The translations under genes were made by a program, and so were the position numbers. The notes beneath the pieces were generated by a model. The model searched no databases and had not been told where the DNA came from. It saw only the letters and a list, made by a program, of their open reading frames with translations. From positions 64,001-128,000 of the forward strand of contig OZ242220.1 in assembly GCA_965206745.1 (NCBI GenBank): 64,000 nt of DNA, given 5' to 3'. This document shows, in pieces, positions 1 to 8,344 of the stretch (position 1 is the first letter of the stretch; every line of letters begins with the position of its first letter). The DNA comes from Nitrosopumilus sp. (GTDB lineage Archaea > Thermoproteota > Nitrososphaeria > Nitrososphaerales > Nitrosopumilaceae).

Positions 1-137
1 TTAGCCGCTGCAATCTCACCGCTTGCTTTTTGCCCATAGGAGAACGTAATACCGTACAACTCGTATTTTGATTTCAGGTATGAGACTGCACAAACAGAAT
101 CCACCCCTCCACTAAAAACAATGACTGCCTTTTTCAT
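1..137 (-). CDS. queC: 7-cyano-7-deazaguanine synthase QueC, N-terminal part (runs off the window edge)
   Basis: Manual translation MKKAVIVFSGGVDSVCAVSYLKSKYELYGITFSYGQKASGEI; SGGxDS PP-loop and YGQ motif typical of QueC. Confidence 0.85.
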   Translation of the reverse strand, partial: MKKAVIVFSGGVDSVCAVSYLKSKYELYGITFSYGQKASGEIAAA

Positions 138-155
138 AATCCATCCCAGTCTCTT

Positions 156-1070
156 CTATCTGCTGGCACCCTTGCTTGGCTTGCATATTATGGTCTGACA
201 TTTTGTATTTGCAGATGCAAACCCCTTGGCCATCGACGAGCTGATCTTTTTTAAATCTGCGGAACTTTCTGAGAATGCAATTACTGAGGGTCCTGCACCG
301 CTAATGGTGACGCCTAATGCCCCTGCCCTGATGGCATTTTCCTTCACCTTGGCAAATCCCGGAATCATGTGTTGCCTGGCAGGTTCCACTATCACATCTT
401 TGATCGAGTTTCCAATGATCTCCGGATCCTTCTTCATAAATCCTGCCACAATTGCAGCGGCATTTGATAAATTCAAGATACTGTCAGATAATTTGACCTT
501 CTTTGGAATGACCCCTCTTGACACCTTTGTCTTCCTCTTTGGAACACTAATTGTCGGAACTGCCACACACATCCTTAGATTGGCAGGAGGGTCGACTCTA
601 ATCACATTCAAAGGGTCTGTCTTTACAATTACAAACCCCCCCAGTACGGAGGCTGCAACGTTATCATAATGGATTGTACCTGCACTTGCCTCCTCTCCGG
701 ATCCTGCAAATTCCACCAGGGAATTCCCATCCAACTTTAATCCAAACAGTCTGTCAAAGGCGACTGCGGCAGCTGATGCAGATGCCGCACTGCTTCCCAT
801 CCCGTATCCTGCGGGGACTCCCTTCTTGATCTTGATTTCAACACCGCCCTTGATCTTGAATCTCTTCATCATGTTCTTCACCACCAATCCTGCAGTATTT
901 TTTTCAGGATTTGTAGGAACATCGCCGTCTGTAATTATCTTCACACCGTCTTGTGTCTTGGCCAGCGTGACTGTATCATAAAATGCATCCAGAGCCAGTC
1001 CGAACACGTCAAATCCCGGGCCCAAATTTGCAGTTGATGAGGGTGCCCTGATGGTAACTTTTGATGCCAA
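156..1070 (-). CDS. thrB: homoserine kinase (GHMP family)
   Basis: PSSTANLGPGFD, PAGYGMGSSAA, HYDNVA and ISGAGPS motifs. Confidence 0.95.
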   Translation of the reverse strand: MASKVTIRAPSSTANLGPGFDVFGLALDAFYDTVTLAKTQDGVKIITDGDVPTNPEKNTAGLVVKNMMKRFKIKGGVEIKIKKGVPAGYGMGSSAASASAAAVAFDRLFGLKLDGNSLVEFAGSGEEASAGTIHYDNVAASVLGGFVIVKTDPLNVIRVDPPANLRMCVAVPTISVPKRKTKVSRGVIPKKVKLSDSILNLSNAAAIVAGFMKKDPEIIGNSIKDVIVEPARQHMIPGFAKVKENAIRAGALGVTISGAGPSVIAFSESSADLKKISSSMAKGFASANTKCQTIICKPSKGASR

Positions 1071-1829
1071 CTAATCTTCCACCTCCTCGCCCAAATTAAG
1101 AATTCTGCTCAATGCGCCCTCAAGATTTGCAAAACCATCGCCTGTGGCATTGGATATTGGAATTAATCCCTGGGCAAACCCTCCCAGATTCAATCCCCGC
1201 AAGATGTTTGTAGTCAGCGTGTAGGTGTCGCCATCTGCCTCACTGCCGATGGCATTCTCCAATGTCTTCAAATTTGTAGACCACTGCAAAATGTCCTTTA
1301 ACTTGTCGCCGATTAGATCTGTCTTTGTAAGTGCGTTGATTGTTGGCAGGTTCAAACGCAGTCTGATTGATGTTGCAAGTAACGCAATTGAGACAAAATT
1401 TACTGGGGTGTTGATCAACGCCCCATCAAAAAGGAATATGCTTGTTTTTTCATCTGATGTGATGTTTTCAATTATGAAACGCCCGCTAGAACGGTATGCA
1501 AACAGTTCAATTTGGCCCGGCGTATCGACGATAAGATAGTCTGGATTTACCTTGTTTACATCGTTTTGAATCTCGTCAATCTTTGATGCAATCAAATCAT
1601 TTGCCATGACCATTGCACCGTTTGGACCAAGATCATACTGCTGCATAATTGACACATAATCTACATAGTCCCTGACATCGACATCACACGTGTATGCCAG
1701 GTTCTCCACGCCGGGATCCAGATTCAATACTGTTGCAAATACCCCGTTGCCCGTATAATATTCCAAAAGCTTCGATGAGAGCAAGGATTTTCCAGAACCT
1801 GCCGTACCTGAAACAAAAATCGTCTTCAA
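1071..1829 (-). CDS. GPN-loop GTPase
   Basis: GTAGSGKS P-loop, NLDPG, LGPNG (GPN loop), DTPGQIE. Confidence 0.92.
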   Translation of the reverse strand: MKTIFVSGTAGSGKSLLSSKLLEYYTGNGVFATVLNLDPGVENLAYTCDVDVRDYVDYVSIMQQYDLGPNGAMVMANDLIASKIDEIQNDVNKVNPDYLIVDTPGQIELFAYRSSGRFIIENITSDEKTSIFLFDGALINTPVNFVSIALLATSIRLRLNLPTINALTKTDLIGDKLKDILQWSTNLKTLENAIGSEADGDTYTLTTNILRGLNLGGFAQGLIPISNATGDGFANLEGALSRILNLGEEVED

Positions 1830-1884
1830 TCCGTCTAGTTTTTATTATTTGCTTATATTTCAAACTAGCTTGGTTCTCATTGTT

Positions 1885-2095
1885 ATCACTGAAAACACCG
1901 GGGATTGGTATCTCGGAAAGATTCCACCTGAAATCCTTGCCTGCCTCGATTGCATTCCGTCTGTGAACCAAAGAGTATTTGAAAGTAGGCCTGCCTTGCA
2001 TTAGGCCTTGCTGTTTGGGAAGACTAGGGGGTCGTGCTGCCGGAACCTCTAATCCTGCATGGCCCTCATGTCCTAGGCACCAATTTCTCCTGACT
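1885..2095 (+). ncRNA. putative structured non-coding RNA of unknown class
   Basis: GC-richer intergenic block; 1900-1909 pairs with 2079-2088 using G-U pairs that work only on +; internal hairpins 1987-2008 and 2025-2051; TATA-like TTATATTT at 1853-1860. Confidence 0.4.
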
Positions 2096-2142
2096 GGAAA
2101 TGTACTCAACTTTCATATTTGATTCCCCAAAAAAACCATCAA

Positions 2143-3159
2143 ATGAACTGGAGAATAATAGCCGTACCCATCACCCTAATTCCAATTCTCATCATCGCTA
2201 TTCAGTTCGATATTCAAATACAAGACGTTCTAGCCATCGGACTGCTTCCATTTGTCGGTGCAATTGCCGCAATGATGATAAAGCTGGTACTGCAGGGAGT
2301 CAAGTTTGCATATATTACAAAAAAATATCTTGGGAATTTTGATTCGTTCTTCAAACTCGTCGGCGTCAGGGTTGGCAGTGAATTTATCAAGTTTACAACG
2401 CCCATGTTTATTGGGGCCGAATTTGTCGTAATTTATTATCTGCACAAAAAAGGGGCAAAGCCTGCGACTGCGGCATGGATTGCAATCATGGATATTGTAA
2501 CTGAGGTATTTGCAGCCGGCCTGCTATCCATCATGGCAGGAGTCATTGCCTTGCTGAGCGGCGCATATGTTGTTGCAACGGTAATACTGACGACCAGTAT
2601 TATTATTACATCGCTGTGGATGGTAATGTTCTTTCTTTCATCCAAACACACATTCCAGGTTCCCAAGATACTTGAAAATCTTGCAGGGAGATTTGCAAAA
2701 GAAAAGGGCCTCAAGGCCATTGAGAAGACAAATGTCTGGATGGAGGATGTCTGTACGATGAGCAGGGAAAACCTAAAGACTTCCGAGTCCAAAAAAATAT
2801 TCACAGTCTCATTTTTGTTCTCACTTGCATCCTGGACGTTTTATGGAATCTCGTTTATGATTATTGCGATGGGAACCGGGTTTGTGATCAGTGCGTTTGA
2901 TTCCATCATGGCAGTAATGGGTGCAAATGCGATTGGAAACCTGCCAATTACCATAGGGGGCTCAGGCCTGGCAGAGTTTGGAATCATCGCCTACATCAAT
3001 AACTTGGATCCGTTTGCATTTGAAATTTCAGAGGGGGTCGTGGCCTGGGATGCGGTGATTGGGTGGAGGATTGCGACATATTACGTCCCGATTGTAATCA
3101 CGTGGCTGCTCCTGGTAAAGCTGGCCTTGAGCAAGATACCGAAATCACAGTCTTCATAG
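2143..3159 (+). CDS. lysylphosphatidylglycerol synthase TM-domain / UPF0104 flippase-like membrane protein
   Basis: Multi-TM protein with TTPMFIGAE, PITIGGSGLAEFG and WRIATYY motifs; ATG 2143 preferred over TTG 2119. Confidence 0.8.
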   Translation: MNWRIIAVPITLIPILIIAIQFDIQIQDVLAIGLLPFVGAIAAMMIKLVLQGVKFAYITKKYLGNFDSFFKLVGVRVGSEFIKFTTPMFIGAEFVVIYYLHKKGAKPATAAWIAIMDIVTEVFAAGLLSIMAGVIALLSGAYVVATVILTTSIIITSLWMVMFFLSSKHTFQVPKILENLAGRFAKEKGLKAIEKTNVWMEDVCTMSRENLKTSESKKIFTVSFLFSLASWTFYGISFMIIAMGTGFVISAFDSIMAVMGANAIGNLPITIGGSGLAEFGIIAYINNLDPFAFEISEGVVAWDAVIGWRIATYYVPIVITWLLLVKLALSKIPKSQSS

Positions 3160-3256
3160 AGGGGGACCTGTCATCTGAGAGTCCTGTCGGATAATCTCAC
3201 ATCTGGCAGTCTTTTTTTTAGTTAGAGATGGTTATTATTGGATTGTCTCCTCTCCA

Positions 3257-3862
3257 ATGATGACCTTGCCGTCTGATCTTCTAGCCGACAAACAGAGACT
3301 AGCCGAACTGCTAGTAGAGACCAAGGCATTTCAATATTCACCGGACAAACCATTCCAACTGGTGTCTGGGGCGACCAGTGAATACTATTTTGACCTGAAA
3401 CTGCTCAACGGACATCCGGAAGGAATCAATGCAGTTGCCAAGGTCTTTTATCACTTGATCAAAAAGTTTCCCGCCGTAAGGGCAGTTGGTGGTTTGGAAT
3501 CAGGCTCCATCTCGATTGCAACGGCAATATCGCAGCTAAGCTACTTTGAAAATCAAAAGGATCCGTCAAACCCTTTGATCGAGTCGTTCTTTGTCCGCAA
3601 GGCGGCAAAAAAACATGGAACTCGTAAACTAGTTGAGGGAAGAATCAGTTCCCCGGTGGTAATCATTGATGATGTGGTAACCAGTGGAATCTCTGCAATT
3701 GCCGCAATTCGTGCCGTACAGGGGGAATTTGACTGCAAGTCCCTGATGTCCGTTATCTTTAGAGGTTCGGACCAGCAGCGTGAAGCCATCGCGAGAGAGA
3801 TCCAATTGCAATACATCTTCCATCAGGATCAGTTCATTAAAGAATTCAAAGATCGGCTCTGA
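3257..3862 (+). CDS. orotate phosphoribosyltransferase-like protein (possibly an accessory second copy)
   Basis: FQLVSGATSEYYFD, VRKAAKKHGT...EG flexible loop, IIDDVVTSG PRPP-binding loop. Confidence 0.8.
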   Translation: MMTLPSDLLADKQRLAELLVETKAFQYSPDKPFQLVSGATSEYYFDLKLLNGHPEGINAVAKVFYHLIKKFPAVRAVGGLESGSISIATAISQLSYFENQKDPSNPLIESFFVRKAAKKHGTRKLVEGRISSPVVIIDDVVTSGISAIAAIRAVQGEFDCKSLMSVIFRGSDQQREAIAREIQLQYIFHQDQFIKEFKDRL

Positions 3863-3910
3863 AATTCCATGGGGATCCGTCTTAAATATATCATTGATCA
3901 TACAAATCAT

Positions 3911-4927
3911 ATGGCCATTTCAGTCAATTACAAAAATGGTAATCGTTATGGAACTTTTAAGATCAATGGCATTGAAGGAACTTTTCCAACCCAATCAATC
4001 ACTTCAACTAATCTGAATCATAGAGATGATTATTTTGATGACAAGCAATTCAATTTCAAAACAAATATTGTGGAGATAATAGAGCCTGACCCAGAAAAAC
4101 TGATAAATGATTCTGAATATAGGGAAAGTAGGTCCAAAATAATTTCCAAGATGATAGATGAAAATCCCAATTACTTGTTTCTTTTTACATTAAGAGGTGC
4201 AAGAGATAACAAATACAAAAGATCCGGACATGGAATTATTCATTTTAAATTTACAAAAGCTAATAACGAATCATTAATTAAATTTCAAAAAGAATGTGGA
4301 TTTCCACTAATCAAAGTATTTTTCAAGTTGGCTAAGGATATTGAAGACTCTGAATACTATAGAACCCTAATTCCAGAAGACAGATTTGTGGCCTCACTTG
4401 ATGAAAACATGTATCATGATTCATTTAGAACATTGTATCAAGAATGCATTGCCAAACAAGATCAAATAATTTCTTTTTTTGGCAGAGTTCCAAGTAAAAA
4501 CAAAAAACAAATCAACAATCAATCTAATTTTGCATTTCTAGTCGCACATCCAGATGATCAGATTCTTCGATTGGCTTCCTTTATCCAAAAATCAATTACC
4601 GGTGTCGTTTCGTCATTAGTTTACAACTATTTTGGTATTGATGCATACTCATTTTGGACTAGAGAAGGTCCTCAAAATACTCGTAATTATCAAATGAGAG
4701 CTTTGGATGGATTTCGCTATAAACTGTTGGAAAAAGATACGACATTAATTTGTCCTATTACAGAAAAAAATCTCTATGAATCAGCTATATATTTTAAGAA
4801 TAAATATAATAAATCATCCATACCCCTAGCAATTCATGACATTGTTAGATTAAATGAGCGGTTTGAAAAATTGCCGGAACGATACACGAGAGAAGAGATT
4901 CGAGAAATACTTGGAGACAGAATCTAA
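3911..4927 (+). CDS. hypothetical protein with degenerate tRNA-guanine transglycosylase (TGT/DpdA)-like fold
   Basis: N-terminal NRYGTFKINGIEGTFPT, internal FGIDAYS and C-terminal ICP...LAIHDI resemble TGT landmarks; ATG 3911 lies ~25 nt after TTAAATATA (3882-3890); visibly AT-rich. Confidence 0.5.
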   Translation: MAISVNYKNGNRYGTFKINGIEGTFPTQSITSTNLNHRDDYFDDKQFNFKTNIVEIIEPDPEKLINDSEYRESRSKIISKMIDENPNYLFLFTLRGARDNKYKRSGHGIIHFKFTKANNESLIKFQKECGFPLIKVFFKLAKDIEDSEYYRTLIPEDRFVASLDENMYHDSFRTLYQECIAKQDQIISFFGRVPSKNKKQINNQSNFAFLVAHPDDQILRLASFIQKSITGVVSSLVYNYFGIDAYSFWTREGPQNTRNYQMRALDGFRYKLLEKDTTLICPITEKNLYESAIYFKNKYNKSSIPLAIHDIVRLNERFEKLPERYTREEIREILGDRI

Positions 4928-5163
4928 TCTTTCCTTATTGCATCAAGATATGTTTTGAAACCCATGTTTAACCGTGCTTGAAAAATTTTATCTATTCTTT
5001 CCCCTAGTACCTTTACAGTCGCTTTGTCAAAATGTTTGCATTCATACATGTGGCAATTACATTTTTTATTTTTTTCAAAGTAATCTCTGAAATTATCATA
5101 GTCGTCTTCGAACTTGTTAAATTCAGCTTGCCAATTTTTATATGATTGATCTGAGGATTTCAA
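4924..5163 (-). CDS. small hypothetical protein with a CxCHxxxCxH motif
   Basis: 79-aa ORF convergent with the TGT-like gene; stop codons overlap. Confidence 0.45.
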   Translation of the reverse strand: MKSSDQSYKNWQAEFNKFEDDYDNFRDYFEKNKKCNCHMYECKHFDKATVKVLGERIDKIFQARLNMGFKTYLDAIRKD

Positions 5164-5395
5164 GATCCTCTTAAGATATTTTAGTTGGATCTAAGTGTTT
5201 AGATCAGTAATTATTGACAAAGAATAATCAATCTGCACTAATCTGGCACTATGTCCAAAAATGACAATGGCATGGAACAAACGATTCCACAAACCACCAC
5301 ATTGGAAAAAATTGCCCCAATCTGATGATTTTCTTGGTCATATGACAAAATACACGTATAGAAAGCACTTTATCTTTAATCGATTTTCTTGATTT

Positions 5396-6196
5396 GTGGA
5401 TTTTAAGAACAAGGTTGTACTGATCACCGGCGCCTCATCGGGAATCGGCAGGGATTCGGCAATAGAGTTTGCAAGGCTGGGCGCCAATGTGGTCCTGGTC
5501 TCAAGAACTAGGGAGAGGCTTAAGCAGGTTGCAGACGAGCTGCAGGGATTCGGCGTGACTGTCCTAGTATGCCCGTGTGATGTATCTGACAAAGCCCAAG
5601 TAAGAGAGATGGCAAGGTCGGTTCTAGAAAAGTTCGGCTCTATTGATATTCTGGTAAATAATGCCGGTTTTGCAATATATGGCTCTGTAGCTGATCTTAG
5701 CATTGATGAGATAGAGTCTCAGATGGAGACAAACTATCTTGGAATGGTCTACTGTATCAAAAATTTCCTTCCATCGATGCTGGATAAAAAATCAGGTCAC
5801 ATTGTCAATGTAGCATCAGTGGCTGCCAGTTTTGGTCTGCCTGGAATCGCCTCATACTGTGCTTCCAAGTTTGCAATGCTGGGATTCTCAGAAGGCCTCA
5901 AACATGAACTGAAAGATTCCGGGGTAGGAGTTACCGTTGTCAGTCCCATCATGGTCAGGACCAACTTCTTTGATCATCCCTCATTTGAAAAAATGCCCAA
6001 ATTTTCCCCAACCTCGCTTGACTCCAGAACCGTAGCAAAGGCAATCATAAGGGCTGCAAACTCTTCCAGATTGGAAATCATAGTTCCATCTGTGGTGCGA
6101 GGTGCAGTGTGGATGAAGAACACATTCCCATACATTGTCAACCCGATTTTAGGAAGGGCTTTTCAGAAACAGCTGGATTCAGTGAAAGGTGACTAG
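5396..6196 (+). CDS. short-chain dehydrogenase/reductase
   Basis: TGASSGIG, NNAG, YCASK motifs. Confidence 0.95.
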   Translation: MDFKNKVVLITGASSGIGRDSAIEFARLGANVVLVSRTRERLKQVADELQGFGVTVLVCPCDVSDKAQVREMARSVLEKFGSIDILVNNAGFAIYGSVADLSIDEIESQMETNYLGMVYCIKNFLPSMLDKKSGHIVNVASVAASFGLPGIASYCASKFAMLGFSEGLKHELKDSGVGVTVVSPIMVRTNFFDHPSFEKMPKFSPTSLDSRTVAKAIIRAANSSRLEIIVPSVVRGAVWMKNTFPYIVNPILGRAFQKQLDSVKGD

Positions 6197-6198
6197 TC

Positions 6199-6600
6199 TC
6201 ATTTTTTTAGATCACCATCTGCAGATTTAGCAGTGTCCACATCCAACAGCTCCAGTGACTTTAGTTCAAACTGGTAGATCGCCTTCATGTCGATCTCTTT
6301 CTCCTTGTCTAGAAACTCTGATACTTTTTTGCTCAGTGGGGCCTTGTGCTGATCAAAAACAAACTCATACACTTCACCCTTTAGCAGGTCATCAATCTTG
6401 ATGTCCTTTGCCACATCCATAGTTACAATATGCCGCCCGTCCTCCACTGCATCATACAGCTGGGCATCAATCTTGCCATCCTCGTAGTAGAACTCTAAAA
6501 TGTATCCTGATTTTTTCATCTTTTGAGGCTTTTTGAACTTTGCATTCTGAATCTCATCTGTAACCCATTCTGGAATTTTATCTTCTTTCTTTTTTACCAT
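6199..6600 (-). CDS. hypothetical protein
   Basis: ATG 6600 just downstream of the zinc-finger gene; host-like codon usage. Confidence 0.7.
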   Translation of the reverse strand: MVKKKEDKIPEWVTDEIQNAKFKKPQKMKKSGYILEFYYEDGKIDAQLYDAVEDGRHIVTMDVAKDIKIDDLLKGEVYEFVFDQHKAPLSKKVSEFLDKEKEIDMKAIYQFELKSLELLDVDTAKSADGDLKK

Positions 6601-6611
6601 AGTAAACCCCT

Positions 6612-6926
6612 CTAGTTTTCTGCTTTTTCTTTTTTGCTCTTTGACCACCATTCCAGATAGTCATCATGCTTGTCATCACGTGTCCTCTCTTTCTGATTTA
6701 GCTTGAACCTGATATCTGAAATCTCTTCTCTTGTTGCGTACAATCCGCACCTTTTACAGATGAAATGTCTTCTGTTCTTTTCATCCATCTTCATTGGGAT
6801 GTCGATTTCATCAAACAACTTGAAGAGGGCATCTCTGTTCCTGTCCTCCTCCTCTGGGATATCCTCCACGTATTTTGCTTCTACCTTCTTCTTTTCTCGT
6901 GAAGTACATTCGGGACAGTTAGGCAC
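6612..6926 (-). CDS. zinc-ribbon hypothetical protein
   Basis: CPEC ... CKRC Cys pairs. Confidence 0.75.
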   Translation of the reverse strand: MPNCPECTSREKKKVEAKYVEDIPEEEDRNRDALFKLFDEIDIPMKMDEKNRRHFICKRCGLYATREEISDIRFKLNQKERTRDDKHDDYLEWWSKSKKEKAEN

Positions 6927-7078
6927 TGTTGATTTGGCTTAATTTTTTCCATAAAAGCGTTCCCACAATCTTCGATCAACGATATTGTCTGACACGCGGA
7001 TTTTTTCATCATCCCTTGCGGTCCGTTCGCCCATCGAAATCCCGCGCGCCAGACGAGGAAAATCACCAAAATAATCTA

Positions 7079-8314
7079 TTATCTCTTTTCCTCTAATGTC
7101 TGGGCGGCAATCTCTGCTGAATTTTCTGCCCCATTAGGAACGAAATTCTTTGAGAATTCACCTAGATTGCCCTGAAACTCTTCATAATCCTCCTTAATCC
7201 TGGCTATTCCTTTAACCACGTGACCTGTCTTGGTTGCAAGTACCCCCAGATTCTTCTCTTCTGCCCACCTGATATTGTTTGTGTGCTCATCATAAATTGG
7301 AATTCCGATTATCGGCTTTGACTTTCCACCCATAATCTCACCCATCACCGTATGGGAGCCGTTTACAACTGCATACCTGCATAAATTCAGGACCGTATCT
7401 TTTTCCTGCTCTGATAGAAAGCCGACATCTATCTGTATCCAGTCGACCTTCTTGTCAAGTGCCTCTGTGACTGAATATCTTTTCCCGTCTTTTCCCAGCA
7501 CCGAATTTATCTTCGGATCATTTCTTGCATGTGAGATCACCCTTTTTTCATCTCTCATCTCATCTTGGCAAAATACCTCCTCGTATCTCTGGCCTGTTCC
7601 GTCATTGGTTGACTTGTTTCCCGTCCTCATCCAATATCCGAATTCGTTATCTTTGACTAATCTCTCAATCTCAGAACTGTCTTCTCTCTTGATCTGCCTG
7701 CTATCTGTAAAATGTCCGACATACGTAACCTTCTCTCTTACCTCCTTGACAAAATTCAGATTGTACTCGCACATTGTATACGGTGGCGGCGAATCTGCCA
7801 CAAGAATCTTTGTTGCCTTTGCAATCTGCTTTGCAATAAAAACCAGTGATGGATACAGATATGCCCTCGAGTTGTATAACTTTGGCCTGAATTGGTTTGT
7901 TACAAACAGACTGGGGATGTTTCTGTTTTTAGCTAGGATGTTTGAACCCATGTCCCCGTCATTGATTACCAGATCAAACTTTTCCCTGTTGTACAGCTCC
8001 CTCTCCCCCCTCAGATAGTCTGTAACTTGTCTGACCAGTGACGGATTTTTTGAAACCGGCAGTAGCAGGTTCATCAATGACTTGGAGACACTCGGACCGA
8101 ACTTGCCATCAATTGGCGTCGGCATTAAAATCTCATGAATCTTTTCCTTCTGATCGGGAAATTTTTTCAGCAACTTTTCATAAACGTGATCCTTGCTAGA
8201 AAAATGGACCTCAAACTCCTCTTTGATGTGCTTGCCTAAAACATCATTTAGCCTCATCATTCTTGAGTAATGGCCGCCTCCCCACGGATAGATGAATTCT
8301 CCTATTTTGAGCAC
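7079..8314 (-). CDS. GT-B glycosyltransferase (GT28/MJ1255-like)
   Basis: GGGHYSR N-terminal motif; GSHTVMGE...GIPIYDEHTNN C-terminal motif. Confidence 0.8.
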   Translation of the reverse strand: MLKIGEFIYPWGGGHYSRMMRLNDVLGKHIKEEFEVHFSSKDHVYEKLLKKFPDQKEKIHEILMPTPIDGKFGPSVSKSLMNLLLPVSKNPSLVRQVTDYLRGERELYNREKFDLVINDGDMGSNILAKNRNIPSLFVTNQFRPKLYNSRAYLYPSLVFIAKQIAKATKILVADSPPPYTMCEYNLNFVKEVREKVTYVGHFTDSRQIKREDSSEIERLVKDNEFGYWMRTGNKSTNDGTGQRYEEVFCQDEMRDEKRVISHARNDPKINSVLGKDGKRYSVTEALDKKVDWIQIDVGFLSEQEKDTVLNLCRYAVVNGSHTVMGEIMGGKSKPIIGIPIYDEHTNNIRWAEEKNLGVLATKTGHVVKGIARIKEDYEEFQGNLGEFSKNFVPNGAENSAEIAAQTLEEKR

Positions 8315-8344
8315 AATATGAAGCAGAATATGCCGTTTAAATTC

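Noticed and set aside
1885-2095. RNase P RNA, SRP RNA or cobalamin riboswitch
   Set aside because: Only partial look-alikes (GGAAAGATTCC, GGGAAG); no convincing P4 partner, SRP helix-8 motif or B12 box; kept as an unclassified candidate
1-4927. queC plus TGT-like gene as a dpd DNA-modification cluster
   Set aside because: queC is in a core-looking run with thrB on the opposite strand, about 3.8 kb away, and is explained by archaeosine synthesis; no dpdB/C or queD/E genes are adjacent in the window
6960-7065. C/D-box sRNA or 62-aa ORF in a GC-rich spacer
   Set aside because: A C-box-like ATGATGA and a CAGA are on the minus strand, but no terminal D box; the ORF overlaps the next gene and has no recognisable features
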